Shown here piece after piece: positions 19,435 to 29,192 of a stretch of DNA of 64,000 nt. The translations under genes and the position numbers were made by a program. Source of the stretch: Gammaproteobacteria bacterium (GTDB lineage Bacteria > Pseudomonadota > Gammaproteobacteria > G965277405); contig OZ255726.1 in the NCBI GenBank assembly GCA_965277405.1, positions 1,472,001 to 1,536,000 of the forward strand, in the 5' to 3' direction. Each line of letters begins with the position of its first letter. The stretch's first letter is position 1. The notes under the pieces are model-generated. The model had not been told where the DNA came from. It did no database searches and was given only the letters and a program-made list of their open reading frames with translations.

Positions 19435-21676
19435 ATGAACAAACAGATATTATTTTTAACACTAGCACTATTAGCTATAGCAGGGTGTAACGCTGAAAGT
19501 AGCAGCGATAGCGAAACCAACAGTAGTAAAACCAACAGTAGCGAAACATCTGCATCAGCAATCCCAGACGCACCAAGCAATGTAAGCGCAGCAGCAGGTG
19601 ATGGGGGAGGAGAAATAACCATTAGTTGGAATCCAGTATATAATGCCGATTCATACAATCTATATTGGGCAACAACAGCTGGATATGGTAAATCTGCCAG
19701 CAAAATATCGCGAGTAACCAGCCCGTACACGCATACAGGGCGTTATAATGAATCCACATACTATTACACGATAACCGCAAACAATGCCAGCGGTGAGTCT
19801 AGTACCAGTAACGAAGTTGCGGTAGGTAAAAATGCTACTAAGATTAAAACAATCTATGCAACCAACGGGGCTTTTGCCGCGCTTACAACCGCTGGGGCGT
19901 CGTTACTTGGGGTGATGAGGATGACGGCGGCGATAGTTCAGGCGTGCAGCAGCAACTGACTAACGTTAAAGAAATCTATGCAACCAAGGACGGGGCTTTT
20001 GCCGCGCTTACCAACGCTGGGACTGTCGTTACTTGGGGGATGAGTATTACGGTGGCGATAGTTCAGCGGTGCAGCAGCAACTGACTAACGTTGCAGCAAT
20101 CTATACAACCGACAGGGCTTTTGCCGCGCTGACAACCGCTGGGGGCGTCGTTACTTGGGGGGGCAGTTGGCCTGGCGGCGATAGTGCAGGCGTGCAGCAG
20201 CAACTGACTAACGTTACAGCAATCTATGCAACCTCCACTGCTTTTGCCGCGCTGACCAACGCTGGGGGCGTAGTTACTTGGGGGAATGAGAATTACGGCG
20301 GCGATAGTTCAGGCGTGGAGGATCAACTGAATAACGTTACAGCAATCTATGCAAACACCCACGCTTTTGCCGCGCTTACCAACGCCAGGACTGTCGTTAC
20401 TTGGGGGTATGAGGGTTGGGGTGGCGATAGTACAGGCGTGCAGCTTTTACTGACTGATGTTAAAGAAATCTATTATGCAACCGACTGGGCTTTTGCCGCG
20501 CTGACCAACGCTGGGACTGTCGTTACTTGGGGGCATGAGTATTACGGTGGCGATAGTTCAGCGGTGCAGCATTTACTGACTGACGTTAAAGAAATCTATG
20601 CAACCCGCTATGCTGTTGCCGCGCTGACCAACGCTGGGGGTGTCGTTACTTGGGGGATTGAGGATGACGGCGTCGATAGTTCAGCGGTGCAGCAGCAACT
20701 GACTGACGTTACTGCAATCTATGCAACCAACAGGGCTTTTGCCGCGATGAAAAACGATGGGACTTTCGTTACTTGGGGGTATGAGGATTGGGGCGGCGAT
20801 AGTTCAGGCGTGCAGCATTTACTGACTGACGTTACAGCAATCTATGCAACCGGCTATGCTTTTGCAGCGTTTACCAACGCTGGGGGCGTCGTTACTTGGG
20901 GTGATGAGGATTCGGGCGGCGATAGTTCAGGCGTGCAGCATCTACTGAATAACGTTCAAGCAATCTATGCAACCGACTGGGCTTTTGCCGCGCTGACCAA
21001 CGCTGGGGGCGTCGTTACTTGGGGACATGAGAATAGAGGCGGCGATAGTTCAGGCGTGCAGCATTTACTGACTAACGTTGCAGTAATCTATTCAACCAAG
21101 TGGGGGGGTGCTGCTGCGCTTACCAACGCCGGGGACGTTGTTACTTGGGGGTCATGGGATTACGGCGGCGATAGTTCAGGCGTGCAGCAGCAACTGACTA
21201 ACGTTAAAGAAATCTATGCAACCGACTGGGCTTTTGCCGCGCTGACCAACGCTGGGACTGTCGTTACTTGGGGTGGGAGCGGTGGCGATAGTACAGGCGT
21301 GCAGCAGCAACTGACTAACGTTACAGCAATCTATTCAACCGACTGGGCTTTTGCCGCGCTGACCAACGCTGGGACTGTCGTTACTTGGGGTGGGAGCGGC
21401 GGCGATAGTTCAGCGGTGCAGCAGCAACTGACTGACGTTAAAGAAATCTATTCAACCGACTGGGCTTTTGCCGCGCTGACCAACGCTGGGACTGTCGTTA
21501 CTTGGGGTGGGAGCGGCGGCGATAGTGCAGCGGTGCAGCATCAACTGACTAACGTTACAGCAATCTATTCAACCTACCGGGCTTTTGCTGCGCTTAAAAA
21601 CGATGGGACTGTCGTTACTTGGGGTGATGAGGATGACGGCGGCGATAGTGCAGCGGTGCAGCATCTACTGCACTAA
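19435..21676 (+). pseudogene. Variable repeat lipoprotein 5 (FN3 + 15 repeats), two -1 frameshifts at G runs
   Basis: G4 instead of G5 at 19894-19897 and one base missing at 20035-20040; otherwise intact. Confidence 0.75.
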
Positions 21677-21677
21677 G

Positions 21678-22706
21678 TGTCAAAACTACACACGTTGTTT
21701 ACAAAAACCAACAATTCTAGCAGCTGGTGGTAGCTTCCCTAAAGCGGAATGTGTGCGACTGAGGTTATAGTGATTAAGATATTTTGGAAGAGCTTTGTTG
21801 TGCTCATCACTTGTTTGCTATGGCTGCGAAAATGCCCATTCCTTGCTAAGCGTTTGTATCAACCTTGCTGCTTTTCCGTTGGTCTGCGGTCTGTATGGTT
21901 TGGTAAAAACGTGCTTGATTTGACAAGCATCAAGATATCGATTGACGAACTTTGATCGATATGCAGGTCCGTTGTCTGTCATCAGCCGTTGCACCGCTAT
22001 TCCCAAAGATGAAAAATGCTCCAATGCTCGGTGTATAAACCCCTGAGTCGTTGCCTTTTTCACATCAGGAAGCACCTCCACAAACGCCCATCGACTATGG
22101 TCATCTATACAAACATGGGCGCACTCAATACCATGGCCTGTATTTGCTGTTGCAGGAGCACCAAATTTATGCCCAGTGGAGTAAAACGTTGCAGTTTGTT
22201 GATGTCCAGATGCAGCATGTCGCCTGGATGCTCATATCGATGCGCTTTTTCTCTTTTTAAGGTCTTTTTTGTCAGGCACAACCGTCTCAAAATTTTGGTG
22301 ACAGTGGCGTATGCCAATTGCAAATAGCTGGCAATGCTCCGTGCATTCATTTGTGACTCTAAATAGAGTTTTTGGATGCGTTGTGCCAAGGTCTCAGCGA
22401 GCTTAGCTGGGCTTGAAATTGGCCTGCTGGAAAGATTGTACAGTGCAGATGTTCCACCTGATGTATAGCGTCTGAGCCACTTGTAAACAGTTAGTAGCGA
22501 ATAGTAGCGAAATGGCAAAATCGTTGGCTACGCGATTCACAGGGTGCTTGTCGACAAGTACCCTGTGAACCATAACTTCTCGACTATGAAACGTTGTTTT
22601 GGCACAATGATGTGGGTTGTTCATGCTGTACTCCTTTGTTTAGTAACTATATAGAGTACCAGCTGCTTAGTTAGCTGATGTGTGAACAACCTCCGTAGCA
22701 TTTACA
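21678..22706 (-). mobile_element. IS481-family element with frameshifted transposase
   Basis: TGT...ACA ends with 26-bp imperfect inverted repeat; fragments RYEH..PGDMLHLDINKL, RLMTDNGPAY, TKPYRPQTNGKA. Confidence 0.9.
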
Positions 22707-22860
22707 ACTAGGAACTTACGAATCCACCTTAGTCTGTGGCTATCTCAAAAATAGCTTCATCTATTTCAATGGTGTCCCCAACCTCTTTCAGCCATTTTGT
22801 GAGAGTAGCTTCGGCAACACTCTCACCCATTTGCGGTAATTTTAGCTCAAATTTTGACAT
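22707..22860 (-). pseudogene. 5' fragment (lipoyl domain) of a 2-oxoacid dehydrogenase E2
   Basis: Hand translation MSKFELKLPQMGESVAEATLTKWLKEVGDTIEIDEAIFEIATD, then frameshifted KVDS*VPS, cut at the IS481 end. Confidence 0.8.
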
Positions 22861-22956
22861 ATTGTTATTTTATATGCTATTTATGGATAGTATTTTACAA
22901 AATTACTAAAAAAGAGTGTTTTATTAAATTAATAAAACATTTAATCTATTCGGGTT

Positions 22957-25900
22957 TTAACTAAATAATTCTTCAATACTTTCTTTAGATAATGATTTTA
23001 CAAAACTTTCTTCTGTTTGTATAATATCATCAGATAGTTGTTTTTTATTGGACTGATGCTGAACAATCTTTTCTTCTATAGTTCCTTTACATATCATTTT
23101 ATACGCCATTACATGTTTGCTCTGACCTATTCTATAACACCTATCTATTGCTTGAGCCTCTACTGCGGGGTTCCACCAAGGATCTACCAAATACACATAG
23201 TCAGCCGCAGTGAGGTTAAGCCCAGTTCCTCCTGCTTTAAGACTGATTAGAAATACTCTTATGTTTTCATCTTCCTGAAAGCTCTCTACTCTTTCTTGTC
23301 TGTTTTTAGTTTTACCATCTAAATATTCATACTTAATATTTTCCTTGTCTAGTTCATCTTTAATCAACCTTAGCATTTTTACAAATTGAGAAAAGATCAA
23401 TATTTTATGATTTCCTGTTTTTTCTGTAATATGCTGTATGAGTTCTTTTATTTTAATCGATTCCCCAGTATATTTTTCATCTTCCTTAAGCAGTTGTGGA
23501 GAGTCGCATATTTGTCGCAATTTTGTTAATCCTTCTAGCACATACATTTTTGATTTTCCCAATCCTGTCTCATCTATTTTATTCAGTAAATAATCACGGT
23601 ATTTATTTCTATAGGCATCATATAATTGTTGCTGTTCTGTATCCATAGTACAAAATAGTATCTGCTCTGTTTTTTCTGGCAATTCTGTTGCCACCTGTTC
23701 TTTAGTTCGTCTTAATAAAAAAGGATTGATCAGTTCTTTTAGTTCTTTTGCAACCTCTGTATCTCTATTTTTATCTATTGGAGTTGAAAATTCTTTTTTA
23801 AAATTCGCCATACTTCCTAAAAGACCGGGGTTTACAAAGGTCATTTGCGAATATAGATCAAACGTATTGTTTTCTATAGGGGTACCTGTAAGCACTATTT
23901 TATTTTTTGATTGTAATAATCGCACTGCTTTAAACCGTTGTGAGTTTGGGTTTTTTATGGCTTGTGATTCATCTAGAACTATATAATCAAAATTGTATTC
24001 TTTTAGATAATCTATATCTCTCATTACAATACCATAAGTAGTTAATACCAAATCGGTTTTCTTAAATATATCTGTATCTTTTTTCCTATCACCTCCTATA
24101 AGGGCAAATATTTTAAGTGTTGGGCAGAATTTTTTAATTTCTTCCTGCCAATTAAAGATTAAGGATGTTGGTACCACTATTAAATGTGCATTAGTGGTCT
24201 TTTTTTTATCTTTTAGATATTTAAAAAAAGTGATGATCTGTAATGTTTTCCCCAATCCCATATCATCTGCCAAACAGCCTCCAAAATTATACTCATCTAA
24301 AAAGTTAAGCCAATTAAGACCTTCTTTTTGGTAATCTCTCAATTTTGCCTTTACCCTACGGGGCTCCGTTATTTTATCAATTTCTTTAAAAGACTGCAAT
24401 TTCTTTTTCATCTCTCTATGATTTTTTATCATATCAGAGTCCTGATCTAGTTCATCATATAAACTGTCTATTGCCGAAAGCTGGTATTTAGAAATTGTTA
24501 TGCTATCTTTTTTTACGTCTCCTGTTCTGAACAGATGTTTGTATTTTTCTATCCACTCTTTAGGGAGTATTCCTATTGTTCCATCTTTTAATTCTATATA
24601 GTTGCTTTTATTAACAATAGATTTACTGACGTCTTTTAGGCTTACGGTTAGGTCTCCAAAAGCAATTTGTATATTAACATCGAACCAATCTGTTTCAGAA
24701 TTTACATTTACAGATATATTTGCCTTATTTCTATTGTATTTTATATTGGATAGGGTATCAAAACCAAATATTTCTATATCATTTTCTTTTAATACTTCAA
24801 AAGCATCTATAAACCAAGCTCCTTTAATAAAATCTTCCATAAAAAGATAGAAAAATGATTGATCTTGATTATAGAAATCCTGGTGCAGTGTTCTTATTGT
24901 ATCAAGAAACTCTTTTTCGTAATCAGCATCCCTTTTTACCCTAAATAATGTGCCATTTTTTATTTCTTCTGGCATTTTTTTACTTAAAACCCCTATATGT
25001 TGTTCGTTGTATTCCAAAACAGGTTTAAACAGTATAAAACCGTCGTGTTCTGACAAATACAATTGCTTTTTAAACTCGTTTATCTCGGGTGTTTTAGTTT
25101 TGTATTTTAGGTGTGTTGTTTCTATTTCATATTTTTCGCAAAGCGGTTTGATAAATTTTGAATAATAGGCATCAAAGCCCTCTTTTGGGATTCGTATTTC
25201 GGGGTTTGAATCAAAAAATATTAACGTCTTAGCATAATTGATAGATTTGTTAAGGTAATATGTATCCTTATCTTCCACAAAAAGAAAATTCCCGCCAATT
25301 TCCTTTTTGGACAATAAGCTCTTTTTTTCGTTTATAGTTATATAAGCTTTTAAAATATGGTGATGGACTTCTTCTACAATTTTAAATGAAAGTTCTGTGC
25401 TTTTTATAGATAGCTTAATCGGTGTTAATTGCCTTTTTGTAATTTGTTTACTATGCTCATAATAATTCATTTTATATATGAACTGGTTTTCTAATTTTGG
25501 CATTAGTTCTTTTAGTACTGTATGCTCATATTTTTCTATAACGAATTCATCCTCATTCCTTAAATCATAAAGTGAATGTTCGGATAATTTTAATGCACAG
25601 CTTAAAAGATTTATTTCTTCTTCTTTTAGGGAATATTTTTTTAGTATTAGGTCTTCTGCTTCTATTTCTTCTATTTTAGAAATCAAAGCTGCTCCATCCT
25701 TGTTTAAGTTTCCTCTTAAGGGGATTAAGATTACAGGGGGCGAATGATTTTGATATTCATGAAATATAAATCCTATGGCAATTCCTTTTGCTTTGGTTTT
25801 CTTTTCTAGCACAGGAGCGTATGGCAATTCATATTTTTTTACTTCTTCATCAGATACCAAAGTGTTAAGCATTATATTAAGCCCATCCTTTTCGTCTAAC

Positions 25901-26361
25901 TTAACCATACCTGGTTTCTTATTTAGGATCTCTACTCCATCAGTATTTAATTCAAAAGAAAAATACTCTTTGTAACTATTATCTTTTAAAGAAAATCCAT
26001 ATTCTCTTAGTTTTTGTTCTTTTATTTTGTCTAATTCTTTTTCAGAAATAAAGATTTGTTGCATTTCATTGCCTATATGTTCTAAATACAAATCTATTTC
26101 ATTTGCAACTGCTACTACGTGTTTACATACATTTCCCCAATCAAAAGGACAGGTACAAGAACTAGAGACCATTCCTGATTGTAACCCATACAAGTGAACG
26201 ACGTATCTGTTTCTACCACTACCTTGAACATTTGCTTTCACAGATTCATAATCTGGGGAAAATTTACAATCTACAATAGTTACTTTATCTCCCCTAGCCC
26301 TAATTGTAGATGTAGTATTATTGTTTATATATTCTCTAAGCCTAGCATTTTTAATTTTCAT
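22957..26361 (-). CDS. SWIM zinc finger + SNF2/RAD54-family helicase
   Basis: CTCP...CKH SWIM; LRDYQ, LADDMGLGKT, LDESQ, LTGTPIEN, DPWWNP, DRCYRIGQ; markedly AT-rich. Confidence 0.92.
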   Translation of the reverse strand: MKIKNARLREYINNNTTSTIRARGDKVTIVDCKFSPDYESVKANVQGSGRNRYVVHLYGLQSGMVSSSCTCPFDWGNVCKHVVAVANEIDLYLEHIGNEMQQIFISEKELDKIKEQKLREYGFSLKDNSYKEYFSFELNTDGVEILNKKPGMVKLDEKDGLNIMLNTLVSDEEVKKYELPYAPVLEKKTKAKGIAIGFIFHEYQNHSPPVILIPLRGNLNKDGAALISKIEEIEAEDLILKKYSLKEEEINLLSCALKLSEHSLYDLRNEDEFVIEKYEHTVLKELMPKLENQFIYKMNYYEHSKQITKRQLTPIKLSIKSTELSFKIVEEVHHHILKAYITINEKKSLLSKKEIGGNFLFVEDKDTYYLNKSINYAKTLIFFDSNPEIRIPKEGFDAYYSKFIKPLCEKYEIETTHLKYKTKTPEINEFKKQLYLSEHDGFILFKPVLEYNEQHIGVLSKKMPEEIKNGTLFRVKRDADYEKEFLDTIRTLHQDFYNQDQSFFYLFMEDFIKGAWFIDAFEVLKENDIEIFGFDTLSNIKYNRNKANISVNVNSETDWFDVNIQIAFGDLTVSLKDVSKSIVNKSNYIELKDGTIGILPKEWIEKYKHLFRTGDVKKDSITISKYQLSAIDSLYDELDQDSDMIKNHREMKKKLQSFKEIDKITEPRRVKAKLRDYQKEGLNWLNFLDEYNFGGCLADDMGLGKTLQIITFFKYLKDKKKTTNAHLIVVPTSLIFNWQEEIKKFCPTLKIFALIGGDRKKDTDIFKKTDLVLTTYGIVMRDIDYLKEYNFDYIVLDESQAIKNPNSQRFKAVRLLQSKNKIVLTGTPIENNTFDLYSQMTFVNPGLLGSMANFKKEFSTPIDKNRDTEVAKELKELINPFLLRRTKEQVATELPEKTEQILFCTMDTEQQQLYDAYRNKYRDYLLNKIDETGLGKSKMYVLEGLTKLRQICDSPQLLKEDEKYTGESIKIKELIQHITEKTGNHKILIFSQFVKMLRLIKDELDKENIKYEYLDGKTKNRQERVESFQEDENIRVFLISLKAGGTGLNLTAADYVYLVDPWWNPAVEAQAIDRCYRIGQSKHVMAYKMICKGTIEEKIVQHQSNKKQLSDDIIQTEESFVKSLSKESIEELFS

Positions 26362-26438
26362 CTGTTTATAATTAATCACCTTGATGTTTAACCTATACAA
26401 CAATCAGTTATACCATAATACTTTTAGATTGCTTATGG

Positions 26439-27167
26439 TCTTGAATTTTGGGCGGTTGTATCCTGTTAGCTGTCCGCGCAGCATGTATAAGTTCGTCAAT
26501 GCCAGCAAAGAAAATACTTGTACTCGATTCTTTTCTAGTCGTTTGTAGCGACCTTGCTGATAACCAAACTGACATTTGATTACGCGAAAACAGTGCTCAA
26601 TCCGGGCGCGCATTAGAGTTCTGTGTATTGCGTTTGCGCTGCGAGCCGCTCATTTGCTGCTTTTGTATGACCCTGCGGGCAATTCAAGATGGTGGTTGCA
26701 GCAGGGATGGCATCGTCTATCAGCTCTATCTGGGCAAAACGCTGCATGCTTTCCATGTCTATAGTGCTTCTGCTACCCCTGGTCTGATACCTGGGTCTGA
26801 TACCTGGGTCTGATAAAGGTGTACCATTGCTGTAAACAATACACGCGTAACATGGTCTGCATATTCATTGGTGGTCCTAGCCATTCCCTTTCTTTGGAAT
26901 AATGCGGTTGTATTAAGCCTAACAACCGCTATTAACGCTAACATGGAGCTAATTTATCCATCGATTGCAAGAATTTTTTTTGGTTTCGTTGTTACTTTCT
27001 TGTGGAAAGTATGCAGCACTGGCAAAAGTTGTTTGTTTCATAAGATTATCCGCTTATTCAAATATTCAAATATTCAAATATTCAAATATTCAAATATTCA
27101 AATATATTCTCCATTAAATATTTTTGTATTTGATATTGCTGTTGCTTGGGGCTTAATCAGAGCTCCC
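26439..27167 (-). mobile_element. Degenerate, internally deleted IS5-family copy
   Basis: Homologous to 56211-57272; ends TTAATCAGAGCTCCC then TTAG; RARIEHCFRVIKCQFG fragment. Confidence 0.85.
27055..27102. repeat. (TATTCAAA)x6
   Basis: Six 8-bp units; two units at the same place in the intact IS5. Confidence 0.9.
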
Positions 27168-27348
27168 TTAGAGCATTATGACAGATTTAGTAGGATTTTT
27201 TGGGGTTTTGCAGCGATGCCTTAACATATATTCTAGATAGATGTTTCCCATTGGCATGAAAACTGGGGTACGATAGCGTTGTAATACAATAGACTTTGTG
27301 TTTACACACTACAAACGATCACAAAACAATCTTGCTAGGGGGTAACTT

Positions 27349-28311
27349 ATGTTGAAATTAACTTGCGCAATACTTACTTGCGGACTTTTTTCTACTGCGA
27401 GTTTTGCAGAAAAATGGCACATGCCAACGCCGTATGGTGACGGTAATTTACCGACTCAAATCGCCTATTCTTTTGCTAAAGAAGTGAAAGACAACACTAA
27501 TGGTGAACTGGATATTATCGTGCATTCTGGGGGTTCTTTGGTTAAACACACAGAAATCCCACGTTCAGTAAAAACGGGGCAAGTCCAAATAGGCGAAGTG
27601 TTCTTGGGTTTGTTGGGCAATGATCACCCAGTATTTAAACACGACAATATCCCTTTTATAGCGACAACGTTTGTAGACGCTGCAAAACTTTGGGAAGCGG
27701 CTAAACCCTCAGTTGCCAAACAATTAGATATAGACGGCATGAAGCTGCTATACGCTGTCGCTTGGCCTGCTCAAGGTCTGTACAGTAAAGAAGCTGTGCG
27801 GTCTTTGGCAGATCTAAAGGGTGCTAAAATGCGTACTTACAGTCCTTCCACATCTCGGCTTGCTGATTTGATGGGCACCGTACCTACGATCATTCAAGCG
27901 CCTGATATTCCACAAGCATTTAGCACTGGCATCATCCAAGCTATGATTACTTCTCCCTCGACTGGTGTTGACAGCCAAATATGGGATTACGTAAAATATT
28001 ACACGGATGTTAAAGCATGGGTTCCCAAAACCATGGTTATGGTCAATAAACGCGCTTTCCTGCGCTTGGATAAAGCCACTCAACAAATCATGCTGGATGC
28101 GGCGCAGCACGTCGAATCAATTGGTTGGATAAAAGTTGCTGCCCGCGCTGCAAAAGATACAGCAACCTTGCTTGCCAAAGGCATGGAGGTATCAGAGCCA
28201 TCTCCAAAGCTACTAAAAGAGCTACAAGCTATTGGCAAAATTATGATAGATGAATGGCGTGCTGAAGCGCCAAAAGAAGTTGGCGAGATTTTATCTCGTT
28301 ACCAGAACTGA
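27349..28311 (+). CDS. dctP: TRAP transporter substrate-binding protein
   Basis: Signal peptide, LKGAKMR, QAFSTGII; followed by dctQ/dctM. Confidence 0.9.
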   Translation: MLKLTCAILTCGLFSTASFAEKWHMPTPYGDGNLPTQIAYSFAKEVKDNTNGELDIIVHSGGSLVKHTEIPRSVKTGQVQIGEVFLGLLGNDHPVFKHDNIPFIATTFVDAAKLWEAAKPSVAKQLDIDGMKLLYAVAWPAQGLYSKEAVRSLADLKGAKMRTYSPSTSRLADLMGTVPTIIQAPDIPQAFSTGIIQAMITSPSTGVDSQIWDYVKYYTDVKAWVPKTMVMVNKRAFLRLDKATQQIMLDAAQHVESIGWIKVAARAAKDTATLLAKGMEVSEPSPKLLKELQAIGKIMIDEWRAEAPKEVGEILSRYQN

Positions 28312-28359
28312 TACGCTGCTACAACAAAATCCGCTTAGGTAACCTAGCAAGTCTAAGCT

Positions 28360-28905
28360 ATGTTCTTCAGGGGAAAAGCGAATTATATAAGTTCTGTTAA
28401 AGAAAAATGCTATCAATGCTCTGGACTGTTATCTGGATTTTGCATTGTGGCTATTACGCTACTGTTACTTGCGCAAATTATTGGCCGTGTATGCGGTTTT
28501 ATAGTACCGTCTGCAGAAGATTTTGCAGGGTACGCACTGGCGGCTTCTACTTTTCTTGGGCTGGCTTATACTTTTCGCGAGGGTGGTCATATTCGTGTGA
28601 CTATGTTAATACAGCGTTTTTCACCTTTTCCACGTAGGATACAAGAAGGAATAATTCTCACCCTATCCTTGGGGCTACTGTGCTTTTTGTCTTACGCATG
28701 TTCCTTCATGGTATACGAATCTTATCTGTATGCAGAAGTCTCTTACGGCTACATCCCTGTGCCTTTGTGGATACCTCAAGTACCCGTCGCAGTTGGAGTG
28801 ATCGCCTTAAATCTTGCTGTCTTTGATGCTTGGTTAATGGTTATTCAAGGGCAGCGACCGACTTACAGTGAACAAGAAGACGCCCTATCTATGGGGAACC
28901 TCTGA
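28360..28905 (+). CDS. dctQ: TRAP small permease
   Basis: Four TM segments, GGHIRV, PLWIPQ; stop within MITE end. Confidence 0.88.
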   Translation: MFFRGKANYISSVKEKCYQCSGLLSGFCIVAITLLLLAQIIGRVCGFIVPSAEDFAGYALAASTFLGLAYTFREGGHIRVTMLIQRFSPFPRRIQEGIILTLSLGLLCFLSYACSFMVYESYLYAEVSYGYIPVPLWIPQVPVAVGVIALNLAVFDAWLMVIQGQRPTYSEQEDALSMGNL

Positions 28906-29178
28906 TTAATTCCATGATGGGCGAGACGGAGAAAAAACGCTGATGATAACTAGACGCAGTGCGCAGATAATACTGGTGGTATTATTAAGTGCTGCAACGA
29001 CGTTAGCGCAGCGTTTTTTCCCGTCCTTCTGTTGAATATACTTTGGGTTTGCTGCAGTGGTACTTGCTGTGTTGCATCCCTTGGCGTATAAGCTTGGCAT
29101 GCGCTTAGCGGAATGCGCCTTGCAATCATCAGCAATGGCAGGCAAACTCGCTCCATCAGCGAGTTAATCAGAGGTTCC
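28895..29178 (-). mobile_element. MITE copy E, inverted, between dctQ and dctM
   Basis: GGAACCTCTGATTAA...TTAATCAGAGGTTCC, perfect 15-bp inverted repeat, 284 bp. Confidence 0.9.
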
Positions 29179-29192
29179 TTAGGAGAAATCTA

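Noticed and set aside
8590-21676. CRISPR-like constant/variable periodicity
   Set aside because: Period is about 123 bp, variable parts are only 6-27 nt and keep the reading frame, and no cas genes are present
8173-21676. Diversity-generating retroelement
   Set aside because: No reverse transcriptase or template/variable repeat pair in the window; variation includes indels and is not adenine-restricted by eye
8173-21676. TALE-like DNA-binding code from the two-residue V1
   Set aside because: The proteins have lipoprotein signals, are acidic and have beta-strand RCC1-like repeats; the analogy is only organisational
22957-26361. SNF2 helicase as an anti-phage system
   Set aside because: No methylase, nuclease or other defence partner nearby; stand-alone SWIM-SNF2 genes are common
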